A DNA stretch of 46,358 bases from a bacterium (GTDB lineage: Bacteria > Electryoneota > Electryoneia > Electryoneales > Electryoneaceae): the NCBI GenBank assembly GCA_043801585.1, contig JAZDLX010000197.1, positions 1-46,358 on the forward strand, read 5' to 3'. The notes under the pieces are model-generated. The model was not told the origin of the DNA. It ran no database searches and saw only the letters and a program-made list of their open reading frames with translations. Of the stretch, positions 36,203-46,358 are shown in pieces. Numbering within the stretch: the stretch's first letter is position 1; the number at the start of each line of letters is the position of its first letter. The position numbers and the translations under genes were made by a program.

Positions 36203-36559
36203 ATGAGTGAGCGCGTTCGCACTTTCATCAAACGCGACATCGTCGACAAGACCGCCGAGAGCTCCGGTGTCGACCCAAAACTTGTCGCTCCGATTGTGGA
36301 TGCCACATTTGCGGCGATGCGTGAAATGATCGTAAACACACCCGGCGAATGCAGGATCGAAATTCGTGATTTCGGCGTGTTGCAGATCAAGAATACCGCG
36401 CCGAAACCCAAGGCAAGAAATCCACGAAACCCGGGTGAGGAGATATACATTCCCGCGCGGCGAAAAACCCATTTCCGCCCCGGGAGACGGATTAAAGAGG
36501 CGTTGCAGACTCCGTTGTCGGAAATGCCATCATCCGAGGAGCATAGCGGCGATGAGTGA
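36203..36559 (+). CDS. HU/IHF-family nucleoid protein
   Basis: IEIRDFG, ARNPRNPGEEIYIPAR, FRPG. Confidence 0.93.
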   Translation: MSERVRTFIKRDIVDKTAESSGVDPKLVAPIVDATFAAMREMIVNTPGECRIEIRDFGVLQIKNTAPKPKARNPRNPGEEIYIPARRKTHFRPGRRIKEALQTPLSEMPSSEEHSGDE

Positions 36560-36800
36560 CCTTCCAGCCTTCCAGATCGAATACTGTGTGGTTTGAAACT
36601 ACTGGCCTCGTGCCGCCAGTCTGGCGGCGGACTTGAAGCTAGTCTTTCCCAATGTCCAGGTCGAGTTTGTCAAAGGTTCCGGAGGAATTTTTGATGTCCA
36701 CCTGAACGGCAGGTTGCTATACTCCAAAAATGACACAGGACGTTTTCCGGAAAACGCAGAAGTGATCGAGGCCGCGCGCCCGAAAATTCAGACAGTTTGA
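36552..36800 (+). CDS. Rdx/SelW/SelT-family selenoprotein (CxxU; TGA 36594-36596 read as Sec), 82 aa
   Basis: MSDLPAFQIEYCVV-U-NYWPRAASLAADL...GSGGIFDV...LLYSK...GRFPE; the family similarity continues through the TGA and a SECIS-like hairpin follows. Confidence 0.88.
36612..36628 (+). promoter_or_regulatory. Bacterial SECIS-like hairpin
   Basis: GCCGCCA-GTC-TGGCGGC; the apical-loop G lies 22 nt after the UGA. Confidence 0.7.
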
Positions 36801-36886
36801 ATATTCGATCTCTGTAAACGCTCTTTGCATGAACCCTATTTTCTAAACGAATATTTAAACTGTCTGAATTTTTGGAGGGCATTTCG

Positions 36887-37336
36887 ATGGCAAACCTCCC
36901 CACACACCTCGTCTGCCCCCATTGTGGCAAAGAGATTACGCGCTATCGCAACCCCTTTCCCACCGTCGATGTCATCGTCCGTTACAAAGGTGGCGTCGTT
37001 CTGATCGAACGAAAGAATCCCCCCTTCGGCTGGGCGATTCCTGGCGGTTTCATGGAATACGGCGAGTCCGCTGAGGATGGCGCCGCCCGTGAGCTGAACG
37101 AGGAAACCGGCCTCGACCTGCGTGATCTGACTTTGTTCACCGTCCGCTCGAAACCCGGCAGGGATCCACGGTTTCACACGGTGACCGTCGTTTTCACGGC
37201 CGAGGGAATCGGCGAACTGAAAGCTGGCGATGATGCTTCCAACGCCAGGATCTTTTCCCTCGATTCGCTCCCTGATCCGATTGCCTTCGACCACCGGGAG
37301 GTGCTGGAGCTTTACCGTCAATCTCTTCAGGCGTGA
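36887..37336 (+). CDS. NUDIX hydrolase with an N-terminal CxxC
   Basis: PGGFMEYGESAEDGAARELNEETGL Nudix box; RDPR, AGDDA, IAFDH. Confidence 0.93.
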   Translation: MANLPTHLVCPHCGKEITRYRNPFPTVDVIVRYKGGVVLIERKNPPFGWAIPGGFMEYGESAEDGAARELNEETGLDLRDLTLFTVRSKPGRDPRFHTVTVVFTAEGIGELKAGDDASNARIFSLDSLPDPIAFDHREVLELYRQSLQA

Positions 37337-37907
37337 GTTCCGGCTTCCCCCATCCTGCCTGTTCAACAGGGTGACGACCCGCAGCAAGCGTACCAGCCCC
37401 GTCTGAAATAGCATTCAGAGCGACTGATGTTTCCCTCAACCAGGTTTGCAGTGAAAGGTATGGCGGAAGCGTGGTATGTATCCCCTCCTTCTTGTTGCTC
37501 TTTTGCGCAACATCGTTTATCACCGTTCATAATACAGGATTACAGGCAGGTCTTAGGAACATACATGAGATATTGCGCATTTGCATGCGGACGCGTACAA
37601 CCAGTCTTCCTGCTAAGTCGTTCGGGACGAAAAGATGGACTGTCACTGAAATATCAACATAACTAATTGATTATCATGATATAATAAATTCCAACTAAAA
37701 TCATTACTTCGCATCAATTGCTCGAGCAAGAAACAATCGAAAAAGCCTTCTCAAGGCCTTCGCGTCGCACTGGAACCTCGCTCAATCCTATCTCCCCTCT
37801 ATAACGGAAGATCCGCCACCTCTTCCGAAAGGCTTTGGAAGGAATGACGGACCATCAAGAATGCGCAACTCAAATGACTGTGAAGTAAACCGCGTTTGAA
37901 ACACTCC

Positions 37908-39461
37908 TCAAAGCGGGATGTTACCGTGTTTCTTCTTGGGATTGCTGTCCACCTTGCTGTCCAGCATCGCCAAGGCGTTGATCAGCTTCGGACGGGTCTG
38001 GTCAGGTTCGATCACCTCGTCCACATACCCCCGCGCCGCCGCGATGTAGGGGTTGGCGAACTGTTCACGATACTCCTCGATGTACTCCTGGATCTTCTTC
38101 TGCTGTTCATCGGGATTCTTGATCTCCTCGATCTCCTTGCGGAAGACGATCTCCACCGCTCCCTCCGCTCCCATCACGGCGATCTCGGCGGTCGGCCAGG
38201 CGTAGTTCATATCGCCGCGGATGTGCTTGCTGTTCATCACGTCGTAAGCGCCGCCGTAGGCCTTGCGGGTGATCACGGTGATCTTGGGGACGGTTGCCTC
38301 AGAATAGGCGTAAAGCAGCTTTGCCCCGTTGCTGATGATCCCTCCCCACTCCTGGTCGGTGCCGGGGAGGAATCCGGGGACATCCTCGAAAGTGATGATC
38401 GGGATGTTGAAAGCGTCGCAGAAGCGGATAAAACGGGCGGCCTTGCGGCTGCTGCTGATGTCGAGCACTCCCGCCAGCACGGAGGGCTGATTGGCGATGA
38501 TCCCGACGCTCCGACCGCCAAGATGGGCGAATCCAACGAGGATATTCTGCGCCCAATCAGCATGGACTTCGAAAAAATCCCCATCATCGACCACCCGGCG
38601 GATGATCTCCTTCATATCGTAGGGCTTGTTCGGATTGTCGGGAACGATGGCGTTCAGCTCCGAATCCATCCGGTTTGTGGGGTCTTCTGTGGGCACCAGC
38701 GGTGGATCTTCCAGATTGTTCTGCGGAATGAAGGAAACCAGTTTGCGCACCGTCCGCATCGTTTCCATCTCATCGTCACAGGCGAAATGCGCCACCCCCG
38801 ATTTTCCGGCGTGGGCGTCGGCTCCCCCCAGATCCTCGCTGGACACATCTTCGTGAGTAACTGTTTTTACAACCTTTGGACCAGTAACAAACATGTAGGA
38901 TGTGCCACGGGTCATCAGCACGAAATCGGTGATCGCCGGGCTGTAGACAGCGCCACCGGCACAAGGGCCGAGAATCGCGCTGATTTGCGGGATGACCCCG
39001 CTGGCGAGGGTGTTGCGCAGGAAAATGTCCGCGTAAGCACCGAGGCTGACCACCCCCTCCTGCACCCGGGCACCCCCCGAGTCGTTCAAACCAATCAGGG
39101 GCGCCCCGACTTTCATGGCCATGTCTATGATTTTACAGATCTTGGCACCGTGCGCCTCGGATAGCGTCCCTCCGATGATCCCGAAATCCTGGCTGAACAC
39201 GAACACCACCCTGCCATCGACCCGCCCATAGCCGGTGACGACACCGTCGCCCAGGTACTCCGTCTGGTGGAATCCGCTGTCCGGCTTGCGCGGACGGACC
39301 AGCATATCCACTTCCTCAAACGTTCCGGGGTCGAGAAGCAGATCGATCCGTTCACGCGCTGTCAGCTTTCCCTTGGCGTGCTGTGCATCGATCCGTTTCT
39401 GCCCGCCACCCTGGAGAGCCAAGTTTTTCAGCTCCCGAAGTTTCTCGAGCTTTCTATCCAT
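37908..39461 (-). CDS. pccB: Acyl-CoA carboxylase / methylmalonyl-CoA decarboxylase carboxyltransferase (beta) subunit
   Basis: [50 protein letters not shown]. Confidence 0.93.
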   Translation of the reverse strand: MDRKLEKLRELKNLALQGGGQKRIDAQHAKGKLTARERIDLLLDPGTFEEVDMLVRPRKPDSGFHQTEYLGDGVVTGYGRVDGRVVFVFSQDFGIIGGTLSEAHGAKICKIIDMAMKVGAPLIGLNDSGGARVQEGVVSLGAYADIFLRNTLASGVIPQISAILGPCAGGAVYSPAITDFVLMTRGTSYMFVTGPKVVKTVTHEDVSSEDLGGADAHAGKSGVAHFACDDEMETMRTVRKLVSFIPQNNLEDPPLVPTEDPTNRMDSELNAIVPDNPNKPYDMKEIIRRVVDDGDFFEVHADWAQNILVGFAHLGGRSVGIIANQPSVLAGVLDISSSRKAARFIRFCDAFNIPIITFEDVPGFLPGTDQEWGGIISNGAKLLYAYSEATVPKITVITRKAYGGAYDVMNSKHIRGDMNYAWPTAEIAVMGAEGAVEIVFRKEIEEIKNPDEQQKKIQEYIEEYREQFANPYIAAARGYVDEVIEPDQTRPKLINALAMLDSKVDSNPKKKHGNIPL

Positions 39462-39490
39462 GCTGATCGATCTCCATCGCTATCTGGGTT

Positions 39491-39582
39491 GAGTTGAGTG
39501 ACAGTTACCTAATTCATATAATTAATCGCTTAATCGCTTAACTTTTCCAGACTCGCAGAATTAGGTAACTGTCACTCAACTC
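39491..39582. repeat. REP/MITE-like element: perfect 25-bp inverted repeats around a 42-bp AT-rich spacer
   Basis: GAGTTGAGTGACAGTTACCTAATTC (39491-39515) / GAATTAGGTAACTGTCACTCAACTC (39558-39582). Confidence 0.8.
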
Positions 39583-39709
39583 CCGAAAGGTGGGCAGAAA
39601 TCCCCGGAATCACAAGTTTCAGGTGATCGCTGTCCAAGTTCGGGGCAAACCGCATGAAGGGCTTTACGCGTGCATCAATACGTGTTCAGTCCTCTCTGAA
39701 GCGCTACGA

Positions 39710-41827
39710 TCACGACATCCCGGTGCGCGTCCGGACCAACCATTCCAAAGCCAGGGCGGCTACGACCAACAGCAAGGTAAGCGCACGCCCAAATGGAAGC
39801 CACGACCCGTGAATCTCACGCACGCCTTTCGATCTCGGCAACGCCCGGACCACCTGATCAGCGGAATCCGCCGTTGCAAACACTCCACCGGTGACAGCGG
39901 CGATTTCCCGCAGCCGTTCGGGGTACATTCGCGCATCCGTTCGCTCCAGGCGAAAGGAATCGACCATCAATTCCGCACTTTGGGTTTCCCGTTCCCCGTT
40001 GGGGAGATCCACGTTCACCCGCACCTGTTGCCGTCCCGAGGTGGAAGGACGCACGGTCGCCGTCCAGCGGCCAGGCGCAGTCTCCTGAAAACGGATCGGT
40101 TCTTCCTGATTGGGACCCTGAAGCGAACCCTGCACATTCGCCCCATGAATGGGCCGCAACGCCTCGTCCTGGATGGTAAGGATCGCCTCGGTCCGTTCAC
40201 CCTGCGTGACAAGGTTCCTGGCAAGGTTGAGATGGACTTTCTGTCCAGCTGTCCGCAACGTCAGCCAGCGCAGGATTCTATCCGTCAATTTTGCGAACTC
40301 ACCTCCCTCCGGATCCTGTGGCCGAAGCGCAAGATTCCACTGCCCAACTCCTTCGGCGGCGATCAAAAGCGTTCGTGGACCCGACTGTGTCAGGTCAAGC
40401 ACGCTCCGTCGTGTCACCCGTTCACGATCTCCCCCGGCGATCAGCTCTCCATCCTGAAACTCGATGCGCGGTGTCTGCACGGGTGGAGATTGCAGACCGC
40501 TGTCAAACCAGTGACCGGCCGGTGTAAAGATCGGGTGGACTCGCTTGGGGACGAGTTCAATTTTCTCCATTTCCTGAGTGGGGAACCAACGCCCCAGACG
40601 AGGTGCCAGAAGATCCAGCGCACGTTGCGAATACCCCGACGCTCCGGTGATTACGAGCAGCGGTGTTTCGCTTGTAACCAGCGACAGCAACGCAGCCAGC
40701 CCCTCATTTGAGTAGGGACCCGCCAGCAACACGAACGCCCCATCCAGGGAGTCCGGGCGCACATCCTCCCACCGTCCTCGAACAGCTCGAGCGGATTTTC
40801 CCCCGCCGATCACGATGACGGATTCCGTGTCAGGATCGCGCTCGAGCACCTCAGTCCAAGCCGCCGCTTCGGGATCGGGACGTCCTGAGATCAGAGCGAC
40901 CCGGCGTTTTCGATCTGCAATGCGAACGGCAACATTCCGCTGGTTGTTCCCGGTCTCACTCTCCCCCTCGAACACCGGAATTGACACAGACCAGACCTGC
41001 AGGCCGGGTTTATTGGGCGTGATTTCAAAGGAGATCGAATGGATGTCCACGTTCCCGCTGACGTTGAAAGGATGGCCGACGAGGATGTTCCCGTTCTCGT
41101 CTCGAAGTTGGACAGTTGTTTCACGACCGGGAAATCCGTTGACCGCGACTGTGGCGTCGATTTGCAGCGGATCACCCGCATAGCCATAGGGTGGCGCGAC
41201 GATCGACCGAATCTGAACGTCGCGGGAGGGCAATGAATCCCCAAGACCGATCGTAAAAACGGGGATGTGGAGTCTGCGTGCGGCGGCCACTGCCGCCCCC
41301 CCGCGATTGAACGCTCCATCCGTCAGCAGAAGCACCGCATCAAAGCTGTTTACGGGCTGCCGACTCAGAGAAAGAAACGCCGCCTCAGCGTCCGTCACAG
41401 GGTCCGTCAGAGGGATGGATTTGCTGATATCATTGATGTTTTTAAGGCTCTCGCCAAAACCGAACCAGGTGATATTCAGGGAGTTTTGCAGATTCCTGTC
41501 TTCCATCCGGCGAATGATCTGATGGAGGATTTGCGGCCGGTCTCCGAAGGGACCGCTCAAAGCCATGCTTTCACTTTGATCAACGAGTACCGCGACATTC
41601 GGACGGCGTGCCTGCAGCCGGTTCCAGGACAGTCCAAAACCGCAGACGAGCAACCAGACCGCCGTCAGCGCAGCCCCACGGAAAACGGAAAGCAGAAGGC
41701 GGGTCGACGAAGAAACCGGCGGGCGGGTCCAGCGATAGGACCAGGCGGCAAAGAGAAACGCGATGAGCACCCCGAGCAGCATCCACCCCGGCGCCAATGC
41801 ACCGGTGACCCGGATTGCCGAGGGCAT
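39710..41827 (-). CDS. vWA-domain membrane protein
   Basis: Two N-terminal TMs, LVDQSESM (DxSxS MIDAS), LLTDG, Ig-like domain ending NNQR, C-terminal LEWLVR anchor. Confidence 0.85.
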   Translation of the reverse strand: MPSAIRVTGALAPGWMLLGVLIAFLFAAWSYRWTRPPVSSSTRLLLSVFRGAALTAVWLLVCGFGLSWNRLQARRPNVAVLVDQSESMALSGPFGDRPQILHQIIRRMEDRNLQNSLNITWFGFGESLKNINDISKSIPLTDPVTDAEAAFLSLSRQPVNSFDAVLLLTDGAFNRGGAAVAAARRLHIPVFTIGLGDSLPSRDVQIRSIVAPPYGYAGDPLQIDATVAVNGFPGRETTVQLRDENGNILVGHPFNVSGNVDIHSISFEITPNKPGLQVWSVSIPVFEGESETGNNQRNVAVRIADRKRRVALISGRPDPEAAAWTEVLERDPDTESVIVIGGGKSARAVRGRWEDVRPDSLDGAFVLLAGPYSNEGLAALLSLVTSETPLLVITGASGYSQRALDLLAPRLGRWFPTQEMEKIELVPKRVHPIFTPAGHWFDSGLQSPPVQTPRIEFQDGELIAGGDRERVTRRSVLDLTQSGPRTLLIAAEGVGQWNLALRPQDPEGGEFAKLTDRILRWLTLRTAGQKVHLNLARNLVTQGERTEAILTIQDEALRPIHGANVQGSLQGPNQEEPIRFQETAPGRWTATVRPSTSGRQQVRVNVDLPNGERETQSAELMVDSFRLERTDARMYPERLREIAAVTGGVFATADSADQVVRALPRSKGVREIHGSWLPFGRALTLLLVVAALALEWLVRTRTGMS

Positions 41828-41828
41828 C

Positions 41829-42848
41829 TCAGGACTCCGCGCTGATGGTCAGGTTCGGGTCCGCTTCGAGGGTAAGGGAATCACCGCCCTGCTCCCTGAG
41901 CGCTCGTTCCGCAACCCAGGCGATCATCGCCGCATTGTCGGTGCAGTACGTCACAGGGGGGACCACGAGCCTTACGTTGTGTCTGTCCGCCACCCCCGAC
42001 AAACGCTCCCGCAGACGGCGGTTGGCCGCAACTCCTCCACCGAGGAGGATGCTTCGGTACTGATCGTTTTCCAGTGCACGGTTGACTCGGACGGACAATT
42101 GCAGGACTGCTGATTCCTGGAACGATGCGGCAAGATCGGCGCTCCAGGATTCCGGATCGGTTTTCTCTCTCTCCAGGCGTTTGACCTCGCGCATCACCGC
42201 ACTCTTCAATCCACTGAAGGAGAAATCGAAAGGCGAATCGGTCTGCGCAACGCGAAACGGAAACGTTTGCGGGTTTCCCTTTTCTGCGAGTCTCGAGACC
42301 TCCGCCCCCGCCGGATAAGGAATGCCCAGAAGAACACCCACCTTGTCGAACGCTTCCCCCACCGCATCGTCAAGGGTCGCCCCGAGAAAGGTGTATTTTC
42401 TGAAACCGTCGATCCTGAACAATTCCGTGTGGCCGCCGGAAACGAGCAGGGCGAGTGCCGGAAGCGGCATCTCCTCGCCGGAGGCTGCCGCTGACCAGAG
42501 ATGCCCCTCGAGATGATTGACCCCGATGAACGGGACACCAAGTCCCGTCGCGAGCCCCTTCGCGTAGCTGGTTCCAACGAGCAGTGCGCCAATCAGACCG
42601 GGACCTCTCGTTGCCCCAACCGTGTTGATATCTTGAAGGGTAAATCCTTCATCAGCAAGGATTTCACGCACCATTTTCGAGAGTGTCCGCTGATGCAATC
42701 GGCTTGCGATTTCGGGGACGACTCCTCCCCAGCGAGCGTGGATCTCCTGCGATGCGACACGGGATGCGAGGACTTCACCGTTTCGTGCGAGGGCGACTGC
42801 GGTTTCATCACAGGAAGTTTCGATGCCGAGAACCAACGGAGACATCAC
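41829..42848 (-). CDS. tsaD: tRNA N6-adenosine threonylcarbamoyltransferase
   Basis: LGIETSCDET, GGVVPEIASR, NHLEGH, VSGGHT, DDAVGEAFDK, CTDNAAMI. Confidence 0.97.
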   Translation of the reverse strand: MMSPLVLGIETSCDETAVALARNGEVLASRVASQEIHARWGGVVPEIASRLHQRTLSKMVREILADEGFTLQDINTVGATRGPGLIGALLVGTSYAKGLATGLGVPFIGVNHLEGHLWSAAASGEEMPLPALALLVSGGHTELFRIDGFRKYTFLGATLDDAVGEAFDKVGVLLGIPYPAGAEVSRLAEKGNPQTFPFRVAQTDSPFDFSFSGLKSAVMREVKRLEREKTDPESWSADLAASFQESAVLQLSVRVNRALENDQYRSILLGGGVAANRRLRERLSGVADRHNVRLVVPPVTYCTDNAAMIAWVAERALREQGGDSLTLEADPNLTISAES

Positions 42849-43819
42849 CAGGGTCCTTCAGAGGCAAGACTGTCGGAATTCGCGGCATCAACCTGCTCGA
42901 GACGGATACGAATTCTCTCGGGTTCGGTTTCCACCGTTTCAATTCCAAGCGGCAGTTTGAGGCTGACCGGGTACTCACGTTCTTCCGGATTCCAATTGTA
43001 GAGATCCACAAAAGCGATGATGGAATCGGAGGTCATCGTGGCCAGCCGCTTCGCCGGACCGCCCAAGGTGACGTCAACCGTCGACGGTTCCATCAACACT
43101 TCACGACCCAGTGGTGTGCCCTGGGCTTTCAGGGATATCCGGGGCATCCTTCGCTCGGCGATTTTGTCGATGGGGATGGTCACTCGCACCGAGGAAGGCG
43201 TGATTCGGATATTGGAACCCAGAGGGGCGAGCTGAATATTATCCTGTGTTGTTTTATCCAACCCCTGAAATCGAGCCGTGTCTGTCTGGACGATGCGCAA
43301 ACGCCTGACCGAGCTCTGAGGGCCGAAGACGGTCACACTGTCAGGGGTCGTGCGAACATTTCCACTGATCATATAACCAAGCGCAGGCAGGGCATCAACA
43401 ATCGGGCGCACCGGAAGGATCCGCTCGAGGACGTCTTCGAGGCGGATGTTCATCGTGTCCTGCCCGACAATTGCGATGGGTTGTACGTCGAGCCCGGGTG
43501 GGATGGAGACGAAGGCGGTGCGCAGCGGATAGTCGTAAAAATAATTGATTGTGTGAATGTCGAGTTCGATACGTGCCGGCTGGATGTATTTCAGAATCAG
43601 CAGATCCTTGCCCACACCCGAAAAACGGATAGGAATCGATTGAGGAACGTCGGAGACCAGAACCTTGTCTGGTTTCATGTTTACGATGTCAAGAGTAACC
43701 TCCAGGACCACTTCATAGACCTGGTTGGTCACGACAAACGTCCAGAGCAGGATCGCCAGCAGAAGCATGTAAATCTTCAGCTGCCAGTCCTTCGGAAACT
43801 TTTTTACAGGCTGGTTCAT
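42845..43819 (-). CDS. cdaR: YbbR/CdaR-domain protein
   Basis: N-terminal TM (LLAILLWTFV); repeated P..V.V.GP YbbR units. Confidence 0.75.
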   Translation of the reverse strand: MNQPVKKFPKDWQLKIYMLLLAILLWTFVVTNQVYEVVLEVTLDIVNMKPDKVLVSDVPQSIPIRFSGVGKDLLILKYIQPARIELDIHTINYFYDYPLRTAFVSIPPGLDVQPIAIVGQDTMNIRLEDVLERILPVRPIVDALPALGYMISGNVRTTPDSVTVFGPQSSVRRLRIVQTDTARFQGLDKTTQDNIQLAPLGSNIRITPSSVRVTIPIDKIAERRMPRISLKAQGTPLGREVLMEPSTVDVTLGGPAKRLATMTSDSIIAFVDLYNWNPEEREYPVSLKLPLGIETVETEPERIRIRLEQVDAANSDSLASEGPW

Positions 43820-44035
43820 AGGCTGGTCATCTGGACTTTCTGTACCCCGGAACGGCTATCGGGCGCGGACGTAAAGTAAACTAAATTCTAACGCTTCGCC
43901 ACCGCAACCCGCCCGATTCCGCGATGATGGAAGCCGGAACTTGCCAGATTCGTCATCGTATGGGTATACTCGGGCTGCATCAGCATCGATTCAGCCGTCC
44001 AAACTGCAATTATCCCTGCGAGAGGATGAGATCAC

Positions 44036-46288
44036 GTGTCCGCAGCTCGTCGAAGCACCATTCGATTCCCCTTGACCCTGAGGGTCAGCCTCGAGGCGAA
44101 TGACCGCATTCTCGTACGACTCGACGACTCTCCCCAGGATCTCCCCAACCCGGATGCTTTTTGCATTTCCCCGGCAACAACGGTTACGAAGGTGTTGCGA
44201 AGCGGTCCGAGAGCTCTCGCGCTGATCGGTGGACCTTTCGATGAACGCGAGAAGTACGTACTGACCGCTCCCGATGGAAGCGAATGGCCCGTACTGCCTG
44301 ACGGCATTCTTGACCGTTACCGCCCCTCCGGTCCCATGGGAATTTTCCGTGACGGAAATGAACACCAGCTTCGTTTCTTCGCTCCCCGTTTGCGTGGTTT
44401 GCAAGCCGAGTTCCGTCACAATCCGGATGACGATCCATTTGCGGAAATCGCTCTCACCTTGAATGTGACGACTGGATGTTGGGAAGGCTCCACGGATGTC
44501 CTGCATGACGGCGACCTGGTCGCTTACAGGACGACTGGAGCTCCCGGTGGTGCTGATGTGGACAACCTTCGTTTTGCCGATCCCTGGTCGTGGGCTGTTG
44601 TCAAAAGAGATGACTGGAACCGCCGTTCGATGACACTGATCTTGCCGGACGAATTACTCCGTCTCCCCGATGCAGATCATGTGGACGTAGAGGGTCGACA
44701 GCGGGTGATCTATGAGGCTCACCTGCAAGATGTTACACGATTGCACCCCGCCGTACCTGGGGATTTGCGCGGCACGTATCTCGGAGCCGTCCATCAGGAC
44801 TCAGACAGGGAAACGTTCCACGACCACCTGAAGATGATGGGAATCAATACGGTTGAATGGCTGCCTCTCGCCGATTACGATCACTGGGAGCCACCTTATG
44901 GCAAGCGGCTTCCCGGCAACCACAACACGTGGAACATTTATTCCCGCAATCATTGGGGTTACATGCCCGCCTACTGGTTTGCCCCGGAAAGCCGATATGC
45001 CGGGCCGTACCTGGAAGGTGGCTGGATTGGGCGCAGTGGAGCTCAAGTCCGCCAGTTGCGCGAGATGATTCGCAGGCAGCATGAGCTGGGATTCAGCGTC
45101 ATTGTTGACGTTGTGTACAACCATGTGGCCCAGTATGGTGAAAATCCGATCCGCCAGATCGATCCGTTGTACGCTCTGCGTCACGACGGAAAAGGCAACC
45201 GGATTTCCGAGAGTGGATGCGGAAACGATCTCGCAACGGAACGCCCCGTTATCCGGCGCCTCGTCTTGGAATCACTCCTTCATTGGACAAGGTATTACGG
45301 CGTGGATGGATTCCGGTTTGACCTTGCGGGAGTTCTGGACGACATCCTGCTCGATGAAATCAGTCAATCCCTTCGTGAAGAGATGCCGGACATCTGCCTG
45401 ATCGCCGAACCCTGGGGCAGGCGTTACGACAAAACTCGTTACACACAGCGCAACTGGGCCTCGTGGAACGACCACTTTCGAGATGGAATTCGCGGTTCTG
45501 ATCCACAGACCGACAATGGCGTCCTCATGGGAAACAAGGTTGGCGATCTGCTGCGCCATCTCTCCGGCAATTTAATGGCCAGCGGTGGACCCTATCCACG
45601 TGAAGAGTTCAGCGTCAATTATCTCGCCAGTCATGACGGTTACACTCTCGCAGATTTTCTGAGAATGGCACTGCAAAAAGCAGAAAAATACGCAGCTAAA
45701 ATGGACTACGGACACACCCCGTTAAGTCATACGCTTCTTTCCCGGTTGAAACTTGCCTTCTTCATTCTCCTGACGAGCAGGGGGATGATCATGTGGCATC
45801 AAGGCGATGAATTCGGGCACAGCAAACGCATCGTGCACGATGCAGTACAGGACCCCTCCGCAGGCAAATTGGATCACGACAGCTACAACAAGGACAATGC
45901 CACGAATTGGCTGGACTGGTCACTGTTGGATGAGCCATCCCGCCTGGATTTGGTTCGTTATATCGCCGGGCTTTCCAATCTGAGACAGAAACACCCTGCC
46001 CTGACCCTCGCGCGGTGGGAAAACCTCACAACGATTACAGCCAATCATCGCGACGCACTCGGGGTGAACATCTTTACCGGAACGGATCAGTTGCTTCTTC
46101 TCTTCAACCTGTCGAACAGCAGGGAAGCCGTTTTCAAGCTGCCTGAAGGACGATGGATCGCATGGGCGGACCATCAGTCGGCAAACGCTGACGCGCCGGT
46201 TAGCGGTGTTTTTGCAAAAAATGCGGTCGTCGCTGAAATGAGTGGGCTGATGTTGGCGCCGACTACGCACGAATATGATCGAGCGTAA
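44036..46288 (+). CDS. GH13 pullulanase/isoamylase-type debranching enzyme
   Basis: IYEAH, HWGY, DVVYNH, GCGN, GVDGFRFDLA (nucleophile), IAEPW (acid/base), ASHDG, QGDEF. Confidence 0.9.
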   Translation: MSAARRSTIRFPLTLRVSLEANDRILVRLDDSPQDLPNPDAFCISPATTVTKVLRSGPRALALIGGPFDEREKYVLTAPDGSEWPVLPDGILDRYRPSGPMGIFRDGNEHQLRFFAPRLRGLQAEFRHNPDDDPFAEIALTLNVTTGCWEGSTDVLHDGDLVAYRTTGAPGGADVDNLRFADPWSWAVVKRDDWNRRSMTLILPDELLRLPDADHVDVEGRQRVIYEAHLQDVTRLHPAVPGDLRGTYLGAVHQDSDRETFHDHLKMMGINTVEWLPLADYDHWEPPYGKRLPGNHNTWNIYSRNHWGYMPAYWFAPESRYAGPYLEGGWIGRSGAQVRQLREMIRRQHELGFSVIVDVVYNHVAQYGENPIRQIDPLYALRHDGKGNRISESGCGNDLATERPVIRRLVLESLLHWTRYYGVDGFRFDLAGVLDDILLDEISQSLREEMPDICLIAEPWGRRYDKTRYTQRNWASWNDHFRDGIRGSDPQTDNGVLMGNKVGDLLRHLSGNLMASGGPYPREEFSVNYLASHDGYTLADFLRMALQKAEKYAAKMDYGHTPLSHTLLSRLKLAFFILLTSRGMIMWHQGDEFGHSKRIVHDAVQDPSAGKLDHDSYNKDNATNWLDWSLLDEPSRLDLVRYIAGLSNLRQKHPALTLARWENLTTITANHRDALGVNIFTGTDQLLLLFNLSNSREAVFKLPEGRWIAWADHQSANADAPVSGVFAKNAVVAEMSGLMLAPTTHEYDRA

Positions 46289-46358
46289 TGAAATTACATG
46301 TATCAAAGGGAGATAATTGCCTGATTCCATTCTGTTTGCGGCTCCAATTTCACGCTGA

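Noticed and set aside
36366..36596. 76-aa ORF ending at TGA
   Set aside because: Its N-terminus is an alternative frame of HU; only the last 14 codons are real and belong to the selenoprotein.
37896..39164. 422-aa plus-strand ORF
   Set aside because: Antisense shadow of the carboxyltransferase gene.
42683..43879. 398-aa plus-strand ORF
   Set aside because: Antisense shadow of cdaR/tsaD.

Overview
A GC-rich chromosomal segment from a flagellated diderm bacterium. An FCB-group-like lineage is inferred from the Por/T9SS-type C-terminal sorting tail, the alternative GlmU-like gene and the tsaD-cdaR arrangement; this is not proven. From left to right: a two-repeat CRISPR-like mini-array with type VI-B (Cas13b)-style 36-bp repeats at the window edge; a NarX/NarL-type two-component pair; a 9-gene GbsR/MarR-associated acyl-CoA locus (NAD-type SDR, FabH-fold enzyme lacking the canonical His/Asn, degenerate MaoC, SSS symporter, acyl-CoA ligase, lipoprotein, OM barrel, lipoprotein hydrolase); a ~1640-aa secreted multidomain protein; an OM barrel, dinB, Yip1 and YegP; an ATPase-MscS pair; HD-GYP and REC-HDOD signalling genes; an intact IS110 with a structured right-end RNA candidate; a sigma-28 flagellin-MerR-flagellin operon with a ~290-nt highly structured intergenic RNA; a DAACS symporter, GlmU-like protein and HU/IHF; an Rdx/SelW selenoprotein missed by the ORF track; NUDIX, a carboxyltransferase beta subunit, a vWA protein, tsaD, cdaR and a GH13 debranching enzyme. 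Three REP/MITE-like palindromic elements are scattered between genes. All calls are by eye from motifs; no database searches or folding programs were run.
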